Shown: positions 1-10,394 of the stretch, piece after piece
Layout: each line of letters begins with the position of its first letter
Position numbering within the stretch: the stretch's first letter is position 1
From: Proteromonas lacertae
Taxonomy: Eukaryota
Reading direction: 5' to 3'
Length of the DNA: 20,000 nt
Assembly: GCA_002245135.1 (NCBI GenBank)
Contig: NGBS01000600.1
Span: forward strand, 119,950-139,949
Made by a program: the position numbers and the translations under genes
Notes under the pieces: model-generated
The model's database searches: none
The model's input: the letters and a program-made list of their open reading frames with translations, nothing else
What the model was told of the DNA's origin: nothing

Positions 1-479
1 GAACCGTGGTTCATATATAAATTACCTACTAGTATATATTCTGTAAGTAAAAAATAACATAGAAAATAAATAATTAATAATATTATAACCATTTATATAG
101 AAAATAAATAATTTTTTGCTTCCTATCTCAATGAAAATATCTATATAATTTCTATATTATTTTAAAATAGATGATAAATTAATATATTTTGATTGTAAGA
201 ACTATTAATCAAAAGAAGTGATAAACATATTAATTAATAATTAGCATTAATATTCCATTTATGAAATATATGACTATTGTTTTAGTATTATTTTCTGTAG
301 CATAGTTGATTAGGCCTAATTGCTACTTAGAAAGAAGATTACCGAAAAGTAAAGGTAAATATATTGAAATTATTATACTTCGACTTTACCATATAAAAAT
401 CATAAAATAGAAGCAATATAAACTATTGGTTACTCTTGAAAATAGACCTTAAAAATAAAACTTAAACCTTTTTCTACTG

Positions 480-1633
480 ATGATTAAAAGAAAAACTAAC
501 AAATATAAATACTGATATTATTTTTCATTAAGCAATCATTATATTTATATTTCATAATAATAATTTTATTAATAAAGAATATATTATTTAAACATAAATT
601 ATTAAACATATACGATGATATTTTAAATCCCATTCAAATTGAAAAGGGGTTATATATATTTTCCGCTATAATAGATAAGTATAGAATTAGGATGTTAATA
701 TTTAATAATAATAAAAGTATCAGAAAATGGTATAATAAATTGTACTGTAATTATAAAGGGGATAATACTTATAGATACATAGCACATATAAAAAGCTACA
801 GCAATATGCATGAGCAATATTATAACTTATTTTGTGGATTATTAAACATAAATATTCATAAGAATATATTATTCATATCAAATAAACCTATCAAACTATT
901 TAATAATTATAATCATACAAAAAAGTATGAGTTATTATTTTGCCTAACAACATTATTTAATTACAATAAGACAGATAGGTTTATAGAATTTGTTGAATAC
1001 TACAGATATTTTGGTGTAGATAAATTTATTGTATATAACACTAATTGTTCAAAAGAAATAGAGAAAATTTACAAATATTATAAACTATTAGGCATAATGG
1101 ATATAATATACGATAACTTTACTCATAATTTATATGAAAAAAAGAGATTTCACTTATGGAAGCACAATGATTGCTTTCATAAATATAAATATTCTGCTAA
1201 GAGAATTATATTTACTGATCATGATGAAATTATATATTCATCTAAATATAAGAATAGTAGAAGCTTATTCTCTTTTTTAAATAAAGACGCTTCGTCGTAT
1301 CTTTTCTATCCAAAATTAATAATTACCAATGGAAAAGGCTTCTTTAATTATGGTAATTATTCAATATGCCCAAATAAACTTTGGAAATATGTTGTTAACA
1401 AACCAAATTGTATTCTTCATGTTAATATACATTTTGTAATAAACAAAAGAAAATGCTATACAGAAAATGTAGATGTAAGTATAGCATACGTAATTCATGC
1501 TAGAAATGAAGTTTCTTATCATGCTAGAGCATGCAAATTATGGAATTATGAAAATAATTATAATCAACAAAAATTAATTTTATCAAATTTTACAAATAAA
1601 GCTAAAGAAGACATAAAAGAAAAAATGGTGTAA
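480..1633 (+). CDS. Glycosyltransferase family 92 (DUF23)-like type II membrane protein; 5' end needs one frameshift
   Basis: ORF 692-1633 has GT92-like motifs (EFVEYYRYFGVDKFIVY, NDCFHKYK, IIFTDHDEII, K..V.P, HF). The frame stays open upstream to 509 and encodes a hydrophobic anchor (LYLYFIIIILLI) and LYIFSA. The nearest ATG (480) is out of frame by 1 nt at an A-run near 507-509. Confidence 0.8.
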
Positions 1634-1683
1634 AATTTTATCTTAAAATAATAAATAATAAGAGAAATAGATCTTATGTTTTT

Positions 1684-2655
1684 ATGATTAACAATTTATT
1701 AATAATCAATTAATCTATATACACTTTTAATTATTTTATACTGTTATATACATTTACTTTATTTACATTTGAGTTATTCAGAAGAACAGAACTATTATAA
1801 CTTAATTATATCTAAGAAAGAATCTCTGAAAATAGAGAATGAAATAAAACACAACCCTCCATATAATGAAGAAGAATTAATATTACCAAGAATTATAACC
1901 TTAAAAGTTAAAAGAAATATAAAAGTTAAGTACAATAAGGATATAAAATATATCATTGCTGTATTATCATCTCCACATAATTATAAAAAAGATATTCTTT
2001 TAGATATAATTACAAAATACACAGATTTATAAAATATACAAAAATGATATTCTTTATTGGAGCATCCATATTAGAAGATGTTGATATTCTAGAGAAAGAA
2101 ATGATTCTATATGATGATGTTGTTCAGTTTCAATTTCAAAATAGTTACTTAAACTTAACTCTACTCTCTATTATGGCTATGCAGTACTGTTATTTCAATT
2201 TTAAGAATATATTATTCTATATTAAAACTGATGATGATATGTTAATTAACTATACACTTTTAAAATATTTAATAAAAACCACTGATCCTAATAGTAACAA
2301 TATATATGGTCATATGCAGAAGGAAAGAAAAGTAAATAGAAACAAAATCAACATAAATTATATACCATATTTACAATATCCTTATGATTATTTACCAGAG
2401 TATGTATTTGGTGCGTTAATAATTGTCAGTAAATATTCACTAACTAAATTATACAATCAAACTTTATATAGTCAATATTATGTATGGAGAGAAGACATAA
2501 ATCTTGGAATTTTATGTAATATAACAAAATGTAAAGTTAAACAATTTCCCTCCAAAATAGATATTTTATTGCAAAATAGTAGTTGCAAAATATATGATAA
2601 TGTGATAGCAATAGAGTTTAAGTCTTTAAAGGATAATTTTTATTGCTCATATTAA
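1684..2655 (+). pseudogene. GT31 beta-1,3-galactosyl/GlcNAc-transferase family gene, frameshifted (ORFs 1769-2032 and 2044-2655 are one gene)
   Basis: Motifs IIAVLSSPHN, FFIG, E..LYDDVV.F.F.NSYLNLT, KTDDD (2224-2238), PEYVFG and EDINLG. Adding one A to the A6 run at 1985-1990 restores YKKRYSFR... in frame with ORF 2044. The TM segment lies in frame at 1706-1768; the start at ATG 1684 also needs a shift. Confidence 0.8.
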
Positions 2656-2845
2656 TCGATAAATATATAAAGACTATACTACAATTATGCATCAACACTA
2701 GTTAGAATAACAATTTATCCATAACAATTTTTGCAATACAGTGATTTTGTATTTACTAGGTAGATATAAGAAATGAATACTGCAGAGAGGATGAAATTAT
2801 GTTGTATGATGATGATAATGTAGTAGAATCATCTTTTGATCTTCC

Positions 2846-3623
2846 TTTAATAATAATAATATATATATATATATAGTACTTGCATTTTGAAATATCTTCT
2901 TTGTTTCAAAGGTATGTTGTGCGCCGTTTGTCATAGTTAACCGTTTGTCTACCAGACACTTTTAAAACAAACTAAATGTATATTCTTACTTGTCTTGATT
3001 AAAAATTGTTACTTTTATACTTACTTTGCTATATAACCTTACCTCTGCAGTATACACTTTTGTTAATATAAATAGTTTGAATATTTGTGCCGTTTGTTTT
3101 CTAGAAATTTTTGAAACAAACTAAATTCATATTTAGCTAAAATAAACTAAAATACATTAGCTGAAATGATTAGAATATAATAATTATTAAATCCTTCTAT
3201 ATAAAAGAAAACATGTAAAAAATTGGCTTGAGTAATGCTTGATTCTGTATTTTCTTTTTTCATTTTAAATGTCTTATGATCAACATTAAGTTGTTCTAAT
3301 CATTTCAGCTAATGTATTTTAGTCTATATTAGCTAAATATGCATTTAATTTGCTTCAAAAATTTCTAGAAAACAAACGGCACAAATATTCAAACTATTTA
3401 TATTAACAAAAGAGTATACTGCAGAGGTAAGGTTATATAACAAAGTAAGTATAAAAGTAACAATTTTTAATCATGACAAGTAAGAATATACATTTAGTTT
3501 GTTTTAAAAGTGTCTGGTAGACAAATGGCCAACTATAACAAACGGCGCACAACATACCTTTGAAACAAAGAAGATATTTCAAAATGCAAGTACTATATAT
3601 ATATATATATTATTATTATTAAA
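2846..3623. repeat. Long inverted repeat (foldback): 330-bp arms 2846-3175 and 3294-3623, 118-bp spacer
   Basis: Direct reverse-complement match read by eye, including an (AAT)n(AT)n microsatellite at both outer ends. Scattered mismatches occur only inside 2915-3554. Confidence 0.95.
2915..3554. mobile_element. Non-autonomous MITE-like element with ~260-bp TIRs (TGTTGTGCGCCGTTTG...CAAACGGCGCACAACA), hAT-associated family
   Basis: The same terminus ends the copy at 6040 and begins the copy at 11590, next to a hAT transposase. Subterminal CCGTTTG motifs repeat at 2924, 2941 and 3090. No ORF. Confidence 0.8.
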
Positions 3624-3747
3624 ATACTTACTTTATAGAAGCATGTACAGCGAAAGGTATAGAAGCATCATTATTTTATAGAAGTACATGCACAGTCACT
3701 CAAGGCATTAAGATATTTCTAGTTATTTTTATACTTAATTGGTAACC

Positions 3748-4268
3748 ATGCAATTCATCGTCAAATGTAGAGATCTCTTACGAAAGGCAAAGCAGAAGAC
3801 AATAGCCCGATGCCATGAAGAACATAAAGCCTTGGAAGGGAACGCTTAACTCACACCTAGATTATGTACTGCAGTAGATGCCATATATAGATCTGGGAAA
3901 CCTACTAAGAATCAACAACCAGCCATCTCCATCAACTCCAGTGATAAAACAAGGGATATAATTAATCAGCTTAAACAACACAGTATACATGAGATTCTTA
4001 AGACAGTCAAGGACAACAATGATCTAATCGACCATGATGGGATGTTCGATAAGATCCAAAGGTAAAGTCACTTCCGATGTGCTGTCTCTTGAGTCTGTAT
4101 CATCGCTTAAGACAATATGAAGATCATCACCTACTCAGGATAGAATCAATGAGGAGGCAAAAACAGCTTAGTAGTCCTCCTAAGAAGAGACCTATAACAA
4201 CACCCTTACTACCATCGCTAGGTGCTTCAAGTGATCCTCCAGCGAAGCATCTACGGATCTACGGATAA
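3748..4268 (+). pseudogene. Decayed orphan gene in a GC-richer patch resembling the 12861-20000 block
   Basis: ATG 3748 frame reads MQFIVKCRDLLRKAKQK... with in-frame TAA at 3847 and 4063, then shifts into ORF 4077-4268. Preceded by AATTGGTAAC at 3737-3746. Confidence 0.5.
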
Positions 4269-4313
4269 GGAACGTGATTCATAATTAAAATAATTAATTA
4301 TATTCTATTGTGT

Positions 4314-5156
4314 TTAGATATGAATGAAATTATTATTACTTATTTCTGATTTATACTCGTTAAATATATCTTTTCTAAAATTGTATAATAAATTAATTTT
4401 TGCATGATATATTTTCATTAAATCTTTGCTAATATTATATTCTTCAAAATATGGTATCATATTTTCAATCATATACTTTTTGAAATTACTGAATATTTTA
4501 TAAGATTCTTCAATACCTACAGGATTATTTATGAAAGGATGAAATTCTGAAAACACTAAATCAAAGCAATGGAGTATATTTTCTTTAATCATTCTAGGAA
4601 TCATGTAATATTCTTCACCTTCTATATCAAATTTTAAAATGTTAAAATCATTATGTCTTATGTTTAACATAAAATAACTAACTATATCGATTGATCTTAT
4701 TTTCATTATTTTAGCACCTCTTTCTGATTTATTATAATATGCAGAACTTCCTAATGTTCCTGAAGTGGATTTAAAATTTATGAATCCACTTCTATTTGAT
4801 ACAACAACAGGACAGTTAACAAAAAAATTACACATATTTGTTACTGTTTTTAAAAAATTAACATTCTCTTCTATAAAATTACATAAATGAGGATTTGCTT
4901 CAAATACATGTACAGTTACTTTATTAGTCGGAAAATGTTGAAAAAAAGGATAAGGCACATGATATGATCTCTTTCTATTTTTATATCCGAAAAGCCATAA
5001 TAATGAGTCTCCATTGTTTGAACCTAAATCATAATATGAAATTTGGTTGTATTTCTTTATATTACAACATTCATATGAGTTGAATGTGTAAACGAATAGA
5101 GATATATACATTAAATTAATTAATAAAATTACATACCACAAAAATACAATTTTCAT
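4314..5156 (-). CDS. FkbM-family (Methyltransf_21-like) SAM-dependent methyltransferase with N-terminal membrane anchor
   Basis: YYDLGSNNGDS (SAM motif I), VHVFEANP, ILKFDIEGEEY, FSEFH; hydrophobic N-terminus. Confidence 0.85.
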   Translation of the reverse strand: MKIVFLWYVILLINLMYISLFVYTFNSYECCNIKKYNQISYYDLGSNNGDSLLWLFGYKNRKRSYHVPYPFFQHFPTNKVTVHVFEANPHLCNFIEENVNFLKTVTNMCNFFVNCPVVVSNRSGFINFKSTSGTLGSSAYYNKSERGAKIMKIRSIDIVSYFMLNIRHNDFNILKFDIEGEEYYMIPRMIKENILHCFDLVFSEFHPFINNPVGIEESYKIFSNFKKYMIENMIPYFEEYNISKDLMKIYHAKINLLYNFRKDIFNEYKSEISNNNFIHI

Positions 5157-5179
5157 ATTTATTGTGATGATAATTAATT

Positions 5180-5553
5180 ATGTTTATATATATATCAGTT
5201 ATATTTTGTATTTTAGAATCGTTAATTCTTCTAAATATATTTCATTTAAGTTGCTGCACAACAATTCACATAATGATAACTGAATGTAATAGATATACTT
5301 ATTTAAATAAAACATTATTCTCTTTATATTCACATTTACTGAAATATGACCAAAAATTAGATTATACAATTATATTTATTGATCAAGGTACTTTAGAAAG
5401 ATACATAATAAGAACAAATTATAATTTAAGAAATACCTTTTTTATAAGCCCTAAGAATTATGAATACTCGTTTAAAATACTATTCTCTTACATTTATTAT
5501 AATTATGTCTTTTTGCTAGAAGAAGATTGGATTATAAACAAAGAAATATATAA
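5180..5553 (+). pseudogene. GT-A fold (GT2-like) glycosyltransferase, 3'-truncated by a TIR element
   Basis: TM anchor, then IMITECNR..YL..TL.SL, IFIDQG and YVFLLEEDW (DxD-like). The frame runs into repeat-derived sequence from ~5555 and stops at 5593. Confidence 0.65.
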
Positions 5554-5554
5554 T

Positions 5555-6040
5555 TGTACTAGACATTTTTTAACTTTTACATTACTTAACTAATTTCACA
5601 ATTAACAATGTCCTACCTCTGAAGTATACTCTTTTTATTAATATAAAAAGTTAATATAGACAAAAATACACTACTTTAAATCTTTATATAAATAAAGAAA
5701 TGCAAAAATAGGCTTGAGTGAGGCTTGATTCTGTATTTTCTTTTTTCATTTTAAATGTCTTATGATCAACATTAAGTTGTTCTAATCATTTCAGCTAATG
5801 TATTTTAGTCTATATTAGCTAAATATGCATTTAATTTGCTTCAAAAATTTCTAGAAAACAAACGGCACAAATATTCAAACTATTTATATTAACAAAAGAG
5901 TATACTGCAGAGGTAAGGTTATATAACAAAGTAAGTATAAAAGTAACAATTTTTAATCATGACAAGTAAGAATATACATTTAGTTTGTTTTAAAAGTGTC
6001 TGGTAGACAAATGGCCAACTATAACAAATGGCGCACAACA
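5555..6040. mobile_element. Second copy of the MITE-like element; right arm near-identical to copy 1, left arm degenerate
   Basis: 5711-6040 aligns ungapped to 3225-3554 (offset 2486) with only a few mismatches. 5555-5655 has remnants of the left arm (cctacctctgaagtatactc...). The left boundary is approximate. Confidence 0.85.
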
Positions 6041-6099
6041 GAGGATTATTACCTAGAGATCAGTGATTAGCCAAAGGTGAGGAGAGTAACCAAAGATGA

Positions 6100-7133
6100 T
6101 CATATAGAACTGTAATCACTTGATGATTTATCCTTTTCTATAATATCTTTATCCAACAAATCTTGTAATGCACATTTAGCATTTAAATAATCATCAATAC
6201 TAAAACCGAATTTCGCAGTTTTGATATAAGGCTTAACTCTCGGATCTAACAAACAACATATCAAAGGTATTGGTGATTCTTTTATAATTATTGTTAGCAT
6301 TTGATTTATATCATACTTTATACTATCATAAATTTCATTAACTTCAGAACATTTATCTTTACTTAATTCAAATAGCTCTTTCTGCAGTTTTAATATAGAT
6401 AAAAGGGTTTAACAACACTAACAACTTCATTTAGTATTTCAAAATGGATTGACGTTTTTGTGGGGATATATGGTAGTAATGGTTCATTTTTAGGTATTAT
6501 TCCATTAATATTTTCAATAATTTCATTATATTCTTGATTCTTTTGATCAACAAATCTAATAATTTAGGTTTCTCTTCATTAATTTAATTTAACACTAAGT
6601 ATAAGCTGCTCCATCAAGTAATAGTCACAGTGCCTACTGATATATTCTGTTTTGCTTTATTAGACACTGTTCGTAGTTGTTTACCCAAAGTAAAGAATGT
6701 CTGAATTGTCTCATCAACAGGATTACCTAAATATAATAGAACTTTATACCTTTACTTGTGCAGATTTATTTCTTAAATAATCATTATATACATCTCTGCG
6801 AGGTGTTAAGTATCCCAGCTTATAACAGAATATTCTGAATTCTGTTAAATCTAATATTGTAGTATAAACTTCATTGTAAGTAATAAACTTATATTAATTA
6901 TCTTTTATATCTTCCACATTTATTTTACTATCAACTGGATCTTTGTAGTTATGATGACTCATCATATGCCCTTTTATGGCTTTACTGTTTTTAACATTAC
7001 ATTTGTATTGATTACCACATTTACATATCCAGTAAGTCGCTGAAAAATTGAAATCTAATCCTTCTAACTTTTCATCTTCATATAATCTTCTTTCTTAGCT
7101 TGATGTATCAGACGGTAGATTTATTTCAGTCAT
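6100..7133 (-). pseudogene. Degraded hAT-superfamily transposase
   Basis: Minus strand encodes a BED-like finger (WICKCGNQYKC...KGHMMSHH, ~6950-7035), T*WSSLY matching the TRWNS motif (~6600-6620) and CLLDPRVK (ORF 6100-6300). Many stops and frameshifts; no C-terminal dimerisation domain seen. Confidence 0.75.
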
Positions 7134-7357
7134 AGATTTAATGAAAAATGATAACTAAAATTATCAAGCCAAAAAGCTTGTTTGTTTTTCTTTGAAAAAT
7201 TATTTCTCTTTTATAACATAATATAAAAAATGCTTGAAAGCTTTATTTTTGAAAATTATCTTAAGAAAAAGTAAAATCACTGTAACATACTGAATAAGAC
7301 ATTATGGTCATTGCTGGATATCAATATTCATAGAGAAATATATTTAATGATTCTTTA

Positions 7358-8088
7358 ATGTTATATATATCATTGTATTTATTTTCCTTTTATATATTTT
7401 ATTTATTGTTTTTATTCTATAGTAATACTATAATTAATTTTGAAATTAATGGTGATTCAATATTATGGGTGTTTGGCTATAGAAACATTAATACTTCTTA
7501 TCATGTGCCTTATCCATTATTTCAACATTTTCCTACATCAAAAGTATTAGTTCCTTCTTTTGAAGCAAATCCAATGTTATGCAAAATTATTAACCAAAAT
7601 ACCAATTTTCTAATGAAAGTTAGGAACAATAAATTTTACAATAACATCAGGAATATAAGGAAGCTCATTATATTGCAACATGACAAAAAGATCTAAACAA
7701 GTTAAAGTAGTATCTGTCAATATTGTGAATTATATCCTTAAATATATAAATATTGATGATTTTAATATTCTAAAATTTGATATAGAAGGCGAGAGTATTT
7801 TATGGTTCCTAATTTAATTGAATTAAATGTTCTAAAATATTATGATATTGTTTATTCTGAGTGTCACCCTAATATAAACTATCCAATAAGTTTAAGTGAG
7901 TAAAATAAATATTTTCATCTTTTATAAATTATATGAATGAGAATACTATTCCATATAATGAAGAATATAATATTAGCAATGAGTTACAGAAAATATACCA
8001 TTATAAATTGAATACTTTATTTTATTTTAGAAATGATTTATTTAATTATCATAATAATTATAAAGATAATAATTATATTTCCTTGTAA
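7358..8088 (+). pseudogene. FkbM-family methyltransferase pseudogene, paralog of 4314-5156
   Basis: NGDSILWVFGY..SYHVPYPLFQHFPT...FEANP, then DDFNILKFDIEGE, FSECHP and IPYNEEYNIS in shifting frames. Internal deletions (motif I YYDLGS is missing) and an in-frame TAA near 7901. Confidence 0.85.
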
Positions 8089-8202
8089 TAAAATATGGAG
8101 GTTATTAAGGTTTAAACAAATTATTATGGCAGTAAGAATTATTAACCTTTTGATAAATCACTTTTTAATTGATTATAAAGCAAAAAATGTAAATAATATA
8201 AT

Positions 8203-9240
8203 ATGGCCATCTTAATGACTTGTTTTATAATACATTTTATAATTTTGTTATTATATATATATAATTTCTTTTGTATATATAGAAAACATCTCAATCTGTT
8301 TTCTGGAATTGACAGATTAATATATTATGAAAATAAATATAAAAAATGTAATTATACGAAAAATATTCTTTATTGTGGAAGTAAATTTGAAGGGTATAAA
8401 ATAGAACAAATAGATTTCAATACACATTATTTTTATGTAACAAATTTATCAAGAATTATTAAAATTAACAAATATTCAAAAAATAATAAGTGCAGAACTT
8501 CAAAGAATAATATTTTTATTGGTATAACTTCTGCACCAAACTATTATTTACAAAGATCTTCATTTAGATTATCATATAGCAAACATAAAAAATGTGTAAA
8601 GTATGCGTTCTTTACAGGAATGTCTTATAAACACTATGAAAATGATTATCTATTAAAAGAACAGCACCAATATAATGATATAGTTATTTTTGATTTTGTA
8701 TCAACCTATTTTAATTCCAGCTTATTGATGGTTTTAATTATGAAATGGGTGTATAAAAACTGTAAAGAATTTTTATATTTCGTATATCATACATCTGATG
8801 TATTTTTTAATGTTGATTTATTTTTTCAACATTATAATAATACAGATTATAATTATATAGCTAAACTAATATATAGCGCAAAAGTAATAAGGACTAATAG
8901 GAGTAGGTTTTTTATACCTTTAAATATTTACAATGAATCTGTTTTTCCAACATTTCCAAGTGGACCATGTATTGCTATATCATATAATACTATTAAAAGT
9001 ATAAGTTTATTCAACTATAACAGAATAACAAATGTTTGGATTGATGATGTAATAATTGGTATGGTGTTTAATTATTTGCATATCAAAGGTAAAGATATAA
9101 ATAAAGAATGTATAAATAATTATCCCAATTATAAATTAGTACCAAGTTTAAATTACATTAAAAACAAAATTATATATATACATTCTTTGCCACCTGCTGC
9201 TATATATTATTTACATAACAGCTTAATGAGAATAATATAA
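8203..9240 (+). CDS. GT31 galactosyltransferase-family type II membrane protein
   Basis: TM anchor; IGITSAPN...RSSFR, FFTG, E...YNDIV..DFVSTYFN, FPTFPSG, IDDVIIG. The DxD position reads HTSD. Confidence 0.85.
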   Translation: MAILMTCFIIHFIILLLYIYNFFCIYRKHLNLFSGIDRLIYYENKYKKCNYTKNILYCGSKFEGYKIEQIDFNTHYFYVTNLSRIIKINKYSKNNKCRTSKNNIFIGITSAPNYYLQRSSFRLSYSKHKKCVKYAFFTGMSYKHYENDYLLKEQHQYNDIVIFDFVSTYFNSSLLMVLIMKWVYKNCKEFLYFVYHTSDVFFNVDLFFQHYNNTDYNYIAKLIYSAKVIRTNRSRFFIPLNIYNESVFPTFPSGPCIAISYNTIKSISLFNYNRITNVWIDDVIIGMVFNYLHIKGKDINKECINNYPNYKLVPSLNYIKNKIIYIHSLPPAAIYYLHNSLMRII

Positions 9241-9628
9241 TATAACTATAATTCATATATAAATTAATTACCTATAAATAGAAAAACTCTTCTTTATAAT
9301 CATCTTTTTTTTAAAAAAGAGTTTTTCAAGTTATGCATATAGCATACATAAATTTAGATATAAATGTTTTTAATAATAAAATATATGTTATAACATTTTC
9401 AAATATCCATTAGTTTAAGAGTTACACTCTTCTTAATCTATATCAAAAGATTAGTGAATAAATAAGTCACTATAAGATATATAATACTCACATCCTATGA
9501 CAGAGTCAATTCTCCTATGTTTGTTTTTAGTATGGATGAAAGTGGTTTATATTATGATAAAAGTAAGCTATAACAGCAAACATAATCTTTAAATGATCTA
9601 ATTTCATTTCAAAATTTATATAAATATA

Positions 9629-10366
9629 ATGAATATCTACTGCAAAGTAATAGTAGCTTATATATTTTTATTAGCTATATATAATATTCTTATAATTTAT
9701 TCATCTAAAAGTATATACGTAGTAGTTTCATCTTGCTCAAATAAGACATATATGAATATAAAAGAATCACTAATTCCATTTGAAGTTATTTTTTTGTTTT
9801 GCAATAGAAGTACAAATTTGGTTGATTCATATGAGGCAGGTCCTATGTTAGATTTTATCATCAAAAATTATAATAGGAAAGGTAATATAAAATATATTTT
9901 TATTCATGATCATGACATTTCATGGCACTATAAACAGAGCATTTATATTAGATTCAGAAATAAGAAACTTTTAAATTATTTCAAAAATGTCAAATTCGGA
10001 GGAATCTATTGTATGAATATCAAATTTGGTATAAAAAGTAGATATGAGTTTTTATTTAACTTAACTTACGGAGTTGATAAATATATGAGAATGAACAAAT
10101 ATGTAAACATGTCTATATTGCATTTATATACACAAAAAATAGTTTTTCCTTGTTGCTCAACATTTATTGTAGATAGTTCACTAATTAAAGAATATCCTGT
10201 TTCTATTTTTAGAAACATAAGAAAAGGACTAAAAGAATATGTAAAAATTTACAAAAAAAACAAATTATCAGCTCAGTATATGGAATATATGTGGATTATA
10301 TTATTTGGAAGAAAAAAAATAGAATATCCCTATGATTGCAATGTAAATAATATTTATACTATGTAA
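9629..10366 (+). CDS. DUF3431-family membrane-anchored protein (putative glycosyltransferase-like)
   Basis: EA.PMLDFIIKNY, YIFIHDH..SWH, PCCSTFIV, I..YP and MEYMW..LFG match the DUF3431 pattern as I recall it. Confidence 0.75.
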   Translation: MNIYCKVIVAYIFLLAIYNILIIYSSKSIYVVVSSCSNKTYMNIKESLIPFEVIFLFCNRSTNLVDSYEAGPMLDFIIKNYNRKGNIKYIFIHDHDISWHYKQSIYIRFRNKKLLNYFKNVKFGGIYCMNIKFGIKSRYEFLFNLTYGVDKYMRMNKYVNMSILHLYTQKIVFPCCSTFIVDSSLIKEYPVSIFRNIRKGLKEYVKIYKKNKLSAQYMEYMWIILFGRKKIEYPYDCNVNNIYTM

Positions 10367-10394
10367 TTGATTTTTTAATTTATTTATTTTGTTA

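Noticed and set aside
1..12. gaaccgtgg shared with 13212-13220
   Set aside because: A 9-bp match at the window edge is compatible with chance and cannot be evaluated without upstream sequence.
130..470. Possible decayed gene upstream of GT92
   Set aside because: No sustained frame or recognisable motif.
2915..3554. TG...CA ends suggesting a solo LTR
   Set aside because: The ends belong to long inverted arms, the family is linked to a hAT transposase, and no gag/pol or PBS was seen.
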